A stretch of 64,000 bases of DNA from a virus (lineage: Duplodnaviria > Caudoviricetes): the IMG/VR virus record IMGVR_UViG_3300028638_000008, positions 10,464 through 74,463 of that record; one strand, written 5' to 3'. Shown piece after piece: positions 1 to 8,244 of this stretch (the stretch's first letter is position 1; every line of letters starts with the position of its first letter). Made by a program: the position numbers and the translations under genes. The notes under the pieces were generated by a model that ran no database searches, was not told the origin of the DNA, and saw nothing but the letters and a program-made list of their open reading frames with translations.

Positions 1-190
1 CATCGGAGTTCATTCCATTTTTAATAAGTTCTATAATGGCTGATTCTGGTATTCTCCACGCCTTATGACTTATTTTTGTTCCCCTAAGTAATCCCGACCT
101 CAAAAGACTTCTAATGTGCCAGTCGTTTAATGTTAACCGCTCTGCCGCTTCTTTAACAGTTAAAAATCGCTCGTAATCATTTTTTGTCAT
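1..190 (-). CDS. Excisionase-like/MerR-type HTH (HTH_17) DNA-binding protein, runs off the left edge
   Basis: Manual translation from ATG at 190: MTKNDYERFLTVKEAAERLTLNDWHIRSLLRSGLLRGTKISHKAWRIPESAI; typical 'LTVKEAAERL...G.L.G.K....WRIP' pattern; RBS GGAG upstream. Confidence 0.7.
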   Translation of the reverse strand, partial: MTKNDYERFLTVKEAAERLTLNDWHIRSLLRSGLLRGTKISHKAWRIPESAIIELIKNGMNSD

Positions 191-218
191 ATAAATCTCC
201 TTTTTTGCATTATAAGCT

Positions 219-247
219 ATAATATAACATTGTATAAATAAAGTCAA
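219..247 (-). promoter_or_regulatory. sigma70-type promoter (TTGACT-N17-TATTAT)
   Basis: Read on the - strand upstream of the HTH gene at 190. Confidence 0.55.
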
Positions 248-331
248 CATATTTCTTAAAAATCTTCAAATTAAAATAGGCCACTCACTCAATCTGTGAT
301 AAAATAAAAATATACAATCAATGGGGGTATT

Positions 332-805
332 ATGCGAACTACCGAAGAAAAAAAAGAAATTTTGCAGAAAGTTGTTGACTTTTTGAAACAGGGCTACCCG
401 GTAACGGGCAAAGGTTCAGCCGCAGAGCTTGCAGGCGTGAATTATGTAACGATTTACAACTACTTGCGCGACTTGCCCGAAATGCAGGTTGAGTATCAAA
501 AGGCAAAGAAGATTTTGCAGGCTTCGCGCAAGGCAAGCGAGAAACGCATGGGCGTTGCTCAAAAACGCGATTATCTCAAAAAGATTATCGCCTACATTGC
601 TGATGGTTGCAGCGTTAGAGGCAAACATAGCGCGGTATTACTTGCTGCCAAAGACTTAAACCTGCCGATTGTTCACTGGCAGACTGTTTTCGTTTGGCTC
701 AGGCGCGATTTTAAAGACCTTTACGACACTTACCGGGCTGCAAAAGAAGCGCGTAAAAATTATAAATTGCGCGAAAAAGCCGCCTGTGGTAAAATTACCT
801 CATGA
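332..805 (+). CDS. Tandem HTH protein (two similar halves; small-terminase-like HTH)
   Basis: Internal duplication ILQKVVDFLKQG..AAELAGVNYVTIYNYL..YQKAK / YLKKIIAYIADG..WQTVFVWL..YRAAK; RBS GGGGGT. Confidence 0.5.
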   Translation: MRTTEEKKEILQKVVDFLKQGYPVTGKGSAAELAGVNYVTIYNYLRDLPEMQVEYQKAKKILQASRKASEKRMGVAQKRDYLKKIIAYIADGCSVRGKHSAVLLAAKDLNLPIVHWQTVFVWLRRDFKDLYDTYRAAKEARKNYKLREKAACGKITS

Positions 806-1335
806 ACATAGAATATTTTAAACTTGCCGAAATTAAGCCATACGAGCAAAACCCGCGATTGAACGACGCGGCGGTTGATGCTGTTGCAAAATCTATCGCT
901 GAGTTTGGCTTTGTTCAGCCGATTTGTGTTGATAAAGATATGGTTATCGTTATCGGCCACACTAGATTTCGCGCTGGTAATAAGCTTGGCCTGAAAACCG
1001 TGCCCGTGATTAAGCTCGACCTGCCCGACGATAAAATCAGGCAGTTACGGCTTATCGACAATTCAACTCACGACTTATCGGCATGGGATATTGAAAAGCT
1101 ACTTGCAGAAATGGAAGCAATGCCAGAGGTTGATTTTATCAACTTTGGACTTGATATTGACGCGATAATGGCTGATTCTCAGGGCATTGTGGCCGACCCG
1201 GACGAAGAATCACCCGAAGATGGCCGCAAGCAGAATGATAGGATTACGGTTATTATCGACGATATGACGCAGAAGGCTGAGATAAAAGAAGCCGTGGAAT
1301 CGGCTATATCAGGCTTTTCGGCGCATGTAAAATAA
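802..1335 (+). CDS. ParB N-terminal (ParBc/Srx) domain protein
   Basis: PYEQNPR..SIAEFGFVQPI..VIGHTRFRA..LRLIDN. Confidence 0.85.
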   Translation: MNIEYFKLAEIKPYEQNPRLNDAAVDAVAKSIAEFGFVQPICVDKDMVIVIGHTRFRAGNKLGLKTVPVIKLDLPDDKIRQLRLIDNSTHDLSAWDIEKLLAEMEAMPEVDFINFGLDIDAIMADSQGIVADPDEESPEDGRKQNDRITVIIDDMTQKAEIKEAVESAISGFSAHVK

Positions 1336-1350
1336 TTAAGGCGGTGTGTT

Positions 1351-1842
1351 ATGGCTGGAAAGCCGAAGGAAGGCTCTGGAAAGGGCGAAAAGAATCTTGG
1401 CGGCGCTAAGATTAAGTATAATGATGATTTTCCCTTGCTCGCAGAAGCGTTTGCAAGGCGTGGTTTAAGCGATGAGCAGATTGCAAAGAATCTGAACATC
1501 AGCCTTGAAACATATTATTCTTATCAGAAGCGGTTTCCAGAGTTTTTAGAGGCAATTAAAAAAGGCAAGGGGCCGGTTGATGTAGAGGTTGAAAATGCCC
1601 TACTTAAAAACGCTCTTGGCTTTGAGTATGAAGAAGTGCATACTGAAATAACAAAAAATGGCGATAAGCAAAACGTAAAAAAACGAATTGTTAAAAAATA
1701 TCAGGCTCCGAGTTTGGGCGCTCAGATTTTTTGGCTCATAAATCGCTTGCCCGATATTTGGCAACAGCGCAAAGAAGAACAAAAGAAAGATAACCTTGAA
1801 GAAATCAAGACAACTCTTGCAGAGTTCGTTAAATCGCTTTAA
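1351..1842 (+). CDS. terS: Terminase small subunit (HTH type)
   Basis: ARRGLSDEQIAKNLNIS..TYYSY.KRFPEF.EAIKKGK..VD.EVENALLKNALGFEYEE. Confidence 0.8.
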   Translation: MAGKPKEGSGKGEKNLGGAKIKYNDDFPLLAEAFARRGLSDEQIAKNLNISLETYYSYQKRFPEFLEAIKKGKGPVDVEVENALLKNALGFEYEEVHTEITKNGDKQNVKKRIVKKYQAPSLGAQIFWLINRLPDIWQQRKEEQKKDNLEEIKTTLAEFVKSL

Positions 1843-1853
1843 ATGGGGAGTTT

Positions 1854-2369
1854 ATGAAAGAAACTAAGTTGAAGGTTGAATATAAATCAGTTGATAAGTT
1901 AATACCGTATGTAAATAACGCGAGAACTCACGACGAAAAGCAGGTTACACAAATAGCCGCTTCAATAAAGGAGTTCGGCTTCAACAACCCGATTTTGCTT
2001 GATGGCGATAATGGCGTTGTGGCTGGTCATGGGCGTTTGATGGCAGCAAAGAAATTAGGGCTTAAAGAAGTGCCTTGCATTGAGCTTTCGCATTTAACTG
2101 AAGTGCAGAAAAAGGCGTATATTTTGGCCGATAATAAATTGGCGCTTAATGCAAGTTGGGATAACGAACTACTTGGGTTAGAATTAAAGGCGCTTACAAA
2201 TGCAGATATTGATTTGATAAATCTTGGGTTTGATGAATATGAAATTCAATCATTAACGGGCAATTCAAGCAATGTCGATTTGAATAGTTTTTTTGAAAAT
2301 TCTGAATCAACTTCAAAAAAACCAAAAACTACAAAATGCCCATCATGCGGCGAGGAATTTGAAATATGA
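1854..2369 (+). CDS. ParB N-terminal domain protein with C-terminal CxxC ribbon
   Basis: PYVNNARTH..SIKEFGFNNPIL..AGHGRLMAA..LADNKLALNASWD; ends KCPSCGEEFEI. Confidence 0.85.
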   Translation: MKETKLKVEYKSVDKLIPYVNNARTHDEKQVTQIAASIKEFGFNNPILLDGDNGVVAGHGRLMAAKKLGLKEVPCIELSHLTEVQKKAYILADNKLALNASWDNELLGLELKALTNADIDLINLGFDEYEIQSLTGNSSNVDLNSFFENSESTSKKPKTTKCPSCGEEFEI

Positions 2370-3010
2370 AAAAAAATGGTATAATTATTTTGTCTGGCGG
2401 GATGGACAGCACAACTCTTTTATATGATTTTAAAAAAGATATCGCGTTGGCATTATCTTTTGATTACCAATCAAAGCACAATAAAAAAGAGCTTGCTTTT
2501 GCAAAATACCATTGTCAAAAACTTGGCATTAAACATTTTGTTATTAATCTTGATTTTATTGACAAATTTTTTGCATCTTCTTTGTTAAAATCTGGAACCA
2601 ATATTCCTGACGGACACTACGAGGATGAAAACATGAAATCAACGGTCGTGCCCTTCCGAAATGGCATCATGCTTTCGATTGCAGCGGGAATTGCGGAAAG
2701 CAACGGGTTAAGCAATATTTACATTGGAAATCATGCTGGCGACCATGCTATTTATCCAGATTGTCGGCCGAATTTTATTAATTATATGTCTGATGCAATA
2801 ACTGCGGGAACTTATGTTAAGGTAGAAATAAAAGCACAATATACCAATATTAATAAAAGACAAATCGCATTAATTGGCAAAGAACTTGGTGTCGATTATA
2901 GTAAAACATGGACTTGTTATAAAGGTCGTGACAAACATTGTGGAAAATGTGGCAGTTGTGTGGAGCGACAAGAAGCCCTCAATGGGTTTGATACAACGGA
3001 ATACGAATAA
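2366..3010 (+). CDS. queC: 7-cyano-7-deazaguanine (preQ0) synthase
   Basis: SGGMDS PP-loop, VPFRNGIMLS, HAGDHAIYPDCR, C-x7-CGKCGSC zinc motif. Confidence 0.95.
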   Translation: MKKNGIIILSGGMDSTTLLYDFKKDIALALSFDYQSKHNKKELAFAKYHCQKLGIKHFVINLDFIDKFFASSLLKSGTNIPDGHYEDENMKSTVVPFRNGIMLSIAAGIAESNGLSNIYIGNHAGDHAIYPDCRPNFINYMSDAITAGTYVKVEIKAQYTNINKRQIALIGKELGVDYSKTWTCYKGRDKHCGKCGSCVERQEALNGFDTTEYE

Positions 3011-3744
3011 TGAAAATTTTTTTGGCCGGTTCTGGATGGGAAAAGACGTGTTGGGCTAATAGAGATTTTTTTGATTTTTTTCGTCTTGAAAGTTTTGCAT
3101 ATATTTCAACATACGAACGATCTGTTATAAATAAATATCGTTCTTTTTTATTAGATAGTGGAGCATTTACATATCTTAATAAAAAGACGGGTGATGTGGA
3201 TTGGCTAAAATACATTGAACAATATGCTGATTTTATAAAAAAGTATAATGTTGATTTATTTTTTGAATTAGACATAGACTCTGTTATTGGACTCCCTGCT
3301 GTTGAGCGACTAAGAGATATTCTTGAGGCTCGTTGCAATAAAAAATGTATTCCAGTTTGGCATAAAAGCAGGGGGTTGGATTATTGGAAAATGTTGACTC
3401 AAAAATATGATTATGTGGCTATTGGAGGAATCGTTACAAAAGAAATTAAGCCGAGTGAATACGATGTGTTTTTATCTCTTCTTGCCATTGCCAATTCAAA
3501 TAATTGTAAGGTGCACGCATTAGGATTTACTAATTTAATTGGATTAAAAAAATATCCGTTTTATTCTGTTGATAGCACAAGCTGGCTAAGTGGCAATAGA
3601 TTTGGCTCTGTTTATTTATTTGATGGCAAAAACATGCAAAAACAAAATAAAAAGACAGGACAAAGAGTAATAACAAATAAGACCGCAATACATAATTTTA
3701 ATGAATGGGTGAAATTTCAGCGGTATGCTGAAAAAAATTTATAG
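3010..3744 (+). CDS. dpdA: TGT-fold DNA transglycosylase, DpdA-like
   Basis: FLLDSGAF, ELD, IPVWH, VAIGG, VHALG, SVDSTSW motifs; no tRNA-TGT zinc motif; embedded in the que/fol operon. Confidence 0.7.
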   Translation: MKIFLAGSGWEKTCWANRDFFDFFRLESFAYISTYERSVINKYRSFLLDSGAFTYLNKKTGDVDWLKYIEQYADFIKKYNVDLFFELDIDSVIGLPAVERLRDILEARCNKKCIPVWHKSRGLDYWKMLTQKYDYVAIGGIVTKEIKPSEYDVFLSLLAIANSNNCKVHALGFTNLIGLKKYPFYSVDSTSWLSGNRFGSVYLFDGKNMQKQNKKTGQRVITNKTAIHNFNEWVKFQRYAEKNL

Positions 3745-3753
3745 GAGTATAAA

Positions 3754-4083
3754 ATGTATAAAATACAAAAACGAATGGAAATTTCAGCTAGTCATAAGCT
3801 CAATCTTGACTATGATAGTAAATGTCGGAATTATCACGGACATAACTGGATTGTTATTGTTTATTGTAAGGCAGAAAAATTAAATCATAATGACATGGTA
3901 ATTGATTTTACTCATGTAAAAAGAATAATTCATGATAAACTAGACCATCAGTGTTTAAATGACCAATTAAGTTTTAATCCTACTGCTGAAAATATTGCTA
4001 AGTGGATTGTTGATAACGTAGATAATTGTTATCGCGCAGATGTGCAGGAAAGCGAGGGAAATACGGCTAGTTATGAAATATAA
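3754..4083 (+). CDS. queD: 6-carboxy-5,6,7,8-tetrahydropterin synthase
   Basis: SASH.L....SKC..YHGHNW, IDF, LDH..LN, NPTAENIA, VQESEGN. Confidence 0.92.
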   Translation: MYKIQKRMEISASHKLNLDYDSKCRNYHGHNWIVIVYCKAEKLNHNDMVIDFTHVKRIIHDKLDHQCLNDQLSFNPTAENIAKWIVDNVDNCYRADVQESEGNTASYEI

Positions 4084-4633
4084 AGTTAATGAAATTTTTA
4101 ATAGCTGGCAGGGAGAGGGGTTTTTTACTGGAACTCCGTGTACTTTTATTCGATTATCCGGCTGTAATCTTAATTGTGAATGGTGTGATACTGATTTTTT
4201 AAGCTTTTCCACTCAAAATATTGAACAAATTATGAAAAAAGCTGCTTATCGTTTTGTGGTTATAACGGGTGGAGAGCCTACCATTCAAAATATTCAACCA
4301 TTGATTATTGCGTTGCAAGAAAAAAAACATTTCGTTGCGATTGAAACAAATGGATTGAATGCACCACCGATTTGTGATTGGATTTCGATGTCGCCCAAAA
4401 ACGGACATTATAATAAAAATCATTTGGCCTACGCTAATGAGATTAAGTTGGTTGTTGACAATTCAGACTTAAATCAATTATTAAACGATGTCGCAGAACA
4501 TAAGAAAACTGATTTGGTTTGGTTGCAACCGGAAGGGAACAAGCAAAAATATATTGAACAATGTCAAAAAATAAGCTTGGTGACTGGCTATAGAGTTGGG
4601 CATCAGATACACAAGTTAAGAAATTGGAGATAA
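4073..4633 (+). CDS. queE: 7-carboxy-7-deazaguanine synthase (radical SAM)
   Basis: EIFNSWQGEG, FIRLSGCNLNCEWCDT (CxxxCxxC), VITGGEP, IETNG, SPK, LQPE; ATG 4073 preferred over track start 4040. Confidence 0.92.
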   Translation: MKYKVNEIFNSWQGEGFFTGTPCTFIRLSGCNLNCEWCDTDFLSFSTQNIEQIMKKAAYRFVVITGGEPTIQNIQPLIIALQEKKHFVAIETNGLNAPPICDWISMSPKNGHYNKNHLAYANEIKLVVDNSDLNQLLNDVAEHKKTDLVWLQPEGNKQKYIEQCQKISLVTGYRVGHQIHKLRNWR

Positions 4634-4635
4634 AT

Positions 4636-5175
4636 ATGATAAAAGAAAGCATTAAAAACATATTAAAATCAATTGGCGAAGACCCGAATAGAGAAGGTTT
4701 AATAGATACACCGCGACGAGTAGAAAAGGCTTATGATAAGTTGTTTGGTGGTTATAAACAATGCGCTTGCGATGTATTGAAAACATCTTTTAAAGAAGGC
4801 AGTTGTGATGAGATGGTTATTTTAAAGGATATTGAATTTTATTCAACATGCGAACATCATCTACTTCCCTTTTTTGGGGTTATTTCAGTTGGATATCTGC
4901 CAAATAAAAAAGTCGTAGGAATATCGAAACTTGCTAGACTTGTCGAAGTATTTGCTCGTAGAGCGCAAATTCAGGAAAGATTAACTGCTCAAATCGCAGA
5001 TTCAATTATGCAAGAGCTAGAAGCTAGGGGCGCTATTGTAATTTGCGAAGCGCAGCATTTTTGTATGACTGCTCGCGGTGTTGAAAAACAAAAAAGCAAA
5101 ATGGTGACAAGTGCTTTGCGTGGTATTTTTCGGCAACATATTGTTAGACAAGAGTTTTTACAGTTAATAAAATGA
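4636..5175 (+). CDS. folE: GTP cyclohydrolase I
   Basis: GEDPNREGLIDTPRRV, STCEHHLLPF, GISKLARLV, QIQERLT, HFCMTARGV. Confidence 0.95.
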   Translation: MIKESIKNILKSIGEDPNREGLIDTPRRVEKAYDKLFGGYKQCACDVLKTSFKEGSCDEMVILKDIEFYSTCEHHLLPFFGVISVGYLPNKKVVGISKLARLVEVFARRAQIQERLTAQIADSIMQELEARGAIVICEAQHFCMTARGVEKQKSKMVTSALRGIFRQHIVRQEFLQLIK

Positions 5176-5294
5176 AGACATCAATCCCCAAATGGAAGCG
5201 TCGCCTCTGGAAGATGATAGACAACCCCGAAGGGTTGCGGTTTACTTTATCTGAAAAACGATACGAGGTTGTTGCGGCTGGCCGCCGCAGCGGT
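5172..5294 (+). CDS. terL: Terminase large subunit, 5' coding segment (41 codons, ends at Walker A ...VVAAGRRSG)
   Basis: ATG overlaps the folE stop (ATGA); MKTSIPKWKRRLWKMIDNPEGLRFTLSEKRYEVVAAGRRSG, then continues LRLPLS* to a stop at 5313 if the insert is read. Confidence 0.85.
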
Positions 5295-5346
5295 CTACGT
5301 TTGCCCTTGTCTTAATTGGCAAGGGCAGGCGTAGATAAATAAAGGC
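5295..5346 (+). other. 52-nt non-coding hairpin insert in terL (candidate translational-bypass coding gap or mini-intron)
   Basis: 17-bp stem 5295-5311/5318-5334 with 3 G-U pairs, loop TTAATT, then ATAAATAAA GGC; stops in all three frames (5313, 5332, 5336). Confidence 0.8.
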
Positions 5347-6588
5347 AAATCAGAAAGAGCGAAGAGAAAATTTATAAAAAAAGTATTGCGTGGCTCGAAC
5401 TTTGAAGACCCGCGCTATGCTGTTTGCGCTCCGACACAAGGTCAGTGCGTAAAGATTTACTGGAACGACTTTAAAGCAATGATACCGCCTGAGTTAATGG
5501 CAAAAAAGCCGAACGAATCTGATAAAGAGATTTATTTAATCAACGGCGCGACAATATTTCTTGCAGGGCTTGATAACCCGGCGCGCATTGAAGGCGCTCC
5601 TGTAGACGGATTTCTTTTCGACGAAGTAGATGATATTAAGCGTTCGGCATGGGAAGCTCACGTTTTCCCGTGTTTTATCGACAGGGGCGCTTTTGCGATG
5701 TTTTGCGGCGTGCCCAACGGTTTGCAGTATCTTTATGAATTAAGTCTTAACGCGGCAAAATACCCGGATGAATGGGATTTTTTCACTTGGAAAAGTGCCG
5801 AAGTTATCGACCCGAAAGAGATTGCAAATTTTAAAAGAATTTACGACGAAAGAACTTTTGCACAAGAATTTGAGGGTAGTTTTGTAACTTTCTCAGGTCG
5901 CGTTGCCTATGCCTTTGACCGCGAACACTACAAGCACGAACTTGTTCATAGCTTACAAAAGCCGCTTGAAATCTGTTTTGACTTCAATAATGCTCCCGGT
6001 ATCGCCGCAATCGTTCAAGAACAAGTAATGCCCGGCCAATTTGAATACATCGAAACAGGCAATGGCGTGATAAAATCGCCAGTTATTGGCTCAGGCGTAA
6101 TCGGTGAAGTATGGATTCCTCGCCATTCTAACACGCTTCTTGTGTGCCGCAAGCTTTATGAAGATTGGAAGCACCACAAGGGCGAAATAATCTTCTACGG
6201 CGACCCGGCAGGCGGTAACAAAACTTCGCAGGGCGTGCAAGGTTCAGATTGGGATTTGATAAAAGATTTTTTTGAACAAACAGACTGGAAACACCGAATG
6301 AGCTTCGACGTGCCACGCGCTCACCCGTCAGTAAGGTCGAGAATTAACGCAATGAATTGTAGAATTAAGTCGATTGATGGTATAATAAGATTTATGGTTG
6401 ACCCTGTTGCCGCGCCGCATGTTGTTGAAGATTTTGAGCGGCTAACGGTTCTTGAAGGCTCTAATGGCGAGATTGATAAGAACGCAAATAAGGCAATCGG
6501 GCATTTGTTCGACGCGGTATCGTATCGCGAATGTCAGAAATACCCGGTTGATGAAGCGACCCGCATTATAACGGTAAAAGATTTTTAA
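5347..6588 (+). CDS. terL: Terminase large subunit, 3' coding segment (ATPase remainder plus RNase H-like nuclease)
   Basis: Frame open from KSERAKRKFIKK; CAPT, LAGLDNP..IEG, Walker B LFDEVDD, GVPNG, FDFN, YGDPAG, HLFDAVSY. Confidence 0.9.
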   Translation, partial: KSERAKRKFIKKVLRGSNFEDPRYAVCAPTQGQCVKIYWNDFKAMIPPELMAKKPNESDKEIYLINGATIFLAGLDNPARIEGAPVDGFLFDEVDDIKRSAWEAHVFPCFIDRGAFAMFCGVPNGLQYLYELSLNAAKYPDEWDFFTWKSAEVIDPKEIANFKRIYDERTFAQEFEGSFVTFSGRVAYAFDREHYKHELVHSLQKPLEICFDFNNAPGIAAIVQEQVMPGQFEYIETGNGVIKSPVIGSGVIGEVWIPRHSNTLLVCRKLYEDWKHHKGEIIFYGDPAGGNKTSQGVQGSDWDLIKDFFEQTDWKHRMSFDVPRAHPSVRSRINAMNCRIKSIDGIIRFMVDPVAAPHVVEDFERLTVLEGSNGEIDKNANKAIGHLFDAVSYRECQKYPVDEATRIITVKDF

Positions 6589-6597
6589 GGAGCGAAT

Positions 6598-8055
6598 ATG
6601 TTTAAAACCTTGCCTATGACTATCACAAGTGCCAAAGGCCCGGCTTATAAGCGGCAGGAACTTGAATGGCAGATGATTAACGCGCTGCTCGGTGGCACTG
6701 GCGCAATGCGGGCGCATGGTCAGACTTATTTGCCCGCGCTTGATAATGAAACCGATAAAAGATACAAAAAACGGCTGTCTAAGGCTGTTCTTGCGCCCTT
6801 TTTCAAGCGTGCCGTAGGCTTTTCTGCAGGCAAGGCTTTTTTCAGACCGATTACCGTTAGGGCGGTCGATGAGAAAAACACAATCAGCGAAAAAATGCAA
6901 GCAGTAATTGCAGACGCGAACAGAAAAAGCGATTCACTGAACAAGTTTGCCGCTTCAGGCTTCAAAAACGGGCTTGCTAAGGGGTTAGGTTATATTTACG
7001 TTGAGGCCGACGCTTACGATGCAACCAAAATACGCACAGAAGCAGATTTTAAAGCCGCAAACATCAGGCCGTATTTGCTTTTCATTCCCGCCGAAGATGT
7101 TCTTGATGCTGATATCGACGCAGACGGCAATATCATTTATGCAAAGATTCTTGAAAAATACACACAGTTTAACAATGAAACAAAAGCTACCGAAGAAACT
7201 ACGCGCATACGGCTTGTGACTCAGAATTTTATCGGCATTTATGAAACGCCGCAGGCTGTTACAGCTGCTTATAATAGCAAAGTCGGCACTTTCAGCTATT
7301 CGATGGTTGGTGAACCAATGATTAACGCTCTTGGCAAGGTGCCATTGGTGCCGTTTTACGCTGGTGAAAAAATCACCGAATTTGAAGCGGTCGGGCCGTT
7401 TCTCGATTTGGCTTATACAAACGTGCAGTATTATCAAGACGAAAGCACGCATGAAATGGCAATATCAACCGCTGAATTTCCGATTCTTGCGGGCAAAGGC
7501 AAGGGCTCTGATATTGAAATCGGGCCGCATAAGATTGTAATACTGCCTGCTGATGGTGATTTGAAATACGTCGAGCACTCGGGCGCGGCTCTTGAAGCTG
7601 GTCGAAAAAACCTCGAAGAATTGCGCATTAAGGCGGCTTATTGTGGCCTGAAGGCGCTTTCTGCCGATTCTACCGGCTCAAGCAAAACAAAAACGGCGTC
7701 AGAAGCCGAAATGGATTACATCGACAATAATTCAGATTTGAAGGTTGCCGCTGACGCCTTTGAAGATTCGTTAAACATGGCATTGTGGTATGTTCAGCGA
7801 TATTTGGGCGAAGTTAAAGACGACGAGCCTTCAAAATACATGGCAAAGATGAATGGCATGTTTTCGGTGACTGCAAGCGACGTGCAGGAAATTGGTTATT
7901 TGATGGAACTGAAAAACCTCGGCCAGATGCGCCTTGAGAACTTCTACAAAGAACTTAAACGGCGCGGCACGCTGTCTGATGATTTTGATATTGAGTCAGA
8001 AGTTGCTTTTGCTGATGAAAACGCCGATATTCCGGCGGGGGGCTCAAATGATTGA
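6598..8055 (+). CDS. Portal protein (DUF4055-type)
   Basis: Follows terL; 485 aa; W.MINALLGGT.AMR..G.TYLP....E....YK.RL..A.L, VPLVPFY, PFLDLA..N..YYQ..S. Confidence 0.8.
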   Translation: MFKTLPMTITSAKGPAYKRQELEWQMINALLGGTGAMRAHGQTYLPALDNETDKRYKKRLSKAVLAPFFKRAVGFSAGKAFFRPITVRAVDEKNTISEKMQAVIADANRKSDSLNKFAASGFKNGLAKGLGYIYVEADAYDATKIRTEADFKAANIRPYLLFIPAEDVLDADIDADGNIIYAKILEKYTQFNNETKATEETTRIRLVTQNFIGIYETPQAVTAAYNSKVGTFSYSMVGEPMINALGKVPLVPFYAGEKITEFEAVGPFLDLAYTNVQYYQDESTHEMAISTAEFPILAGKGKGSDIEIGPHKIVILPADGDLKYVEHSGAALEAGRKNLEELRIKAAYCGLKALSADSTGSSKTKTASEAEMDYIDNNSDLKVAADAFEDSLNMALWYVQRYLGEVKDDEPSKYMAKMNGMFSVTASDVQEIGYLMELKNLGQMRLENFYKELKRRGTLSDDFDIESEVAFADENADIPAGGSND

Positions 8056-8236
8056 TTTAAACAAGTATCGTGAAGAAAAGACGCCGCATAAAGTTAGTGA
8101 GGTTATCTGTGTAAAGTGCTTTCACCGTTGGGTTGCGATTAGGCCCGTCGGCACTTTACTGAAAGACTTGCATTGTGAAGGTTGCGGCGCGGGTTTTGTG
8201 ATTGAAACGGGCGAAACAGAAGGATTTAACGATTAG
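8048..8236 (+). CDS. Small zinc-ribbon protein
   Basis: MIDLNKY..ICVKCFHRW..LHCEGCG; ATG overlaps the portal end. Confidence 0.55.
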   Translation: MIDLNKYREEKTPHKVSEVICVKCFHRWVAIRPVGTLLKDLHCEGCGAGFVIETGETEGFND

Positions 8237-8244
8237 GGGTATTT

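Noticed and set aside
3010-3744. Queuosine tRNA-modification role for the TGT-like gene
   Set aside because: Short protein lacking the tRNA-TGT zinc-binding motif; no queF or queA; context matches phage DpdA clusters. Not excluded experimentally.
5292-5345. terL insert as a miniature IS607 derivative (it is flanked by GG...GG)
   Set aside because: No similarity to the ends of the IS607 at 39027-40752; kept only as a remote alternative.
5295-5346. terL insert as a group I/II intron or as an intrinsic terminator
   Set aside because: 52 nt cannot hold a catalytic core, and no register gives both a 5' exon ending in U and an intron ending in G. The hairpin is not followed by a U-tract on either strand.
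5386-6588. Track ORF starting at TTG 5386 as the complete terminase
   Set aside because: It lacks the Walker A motif, which is split between 5280-5294 and 5347-5352.
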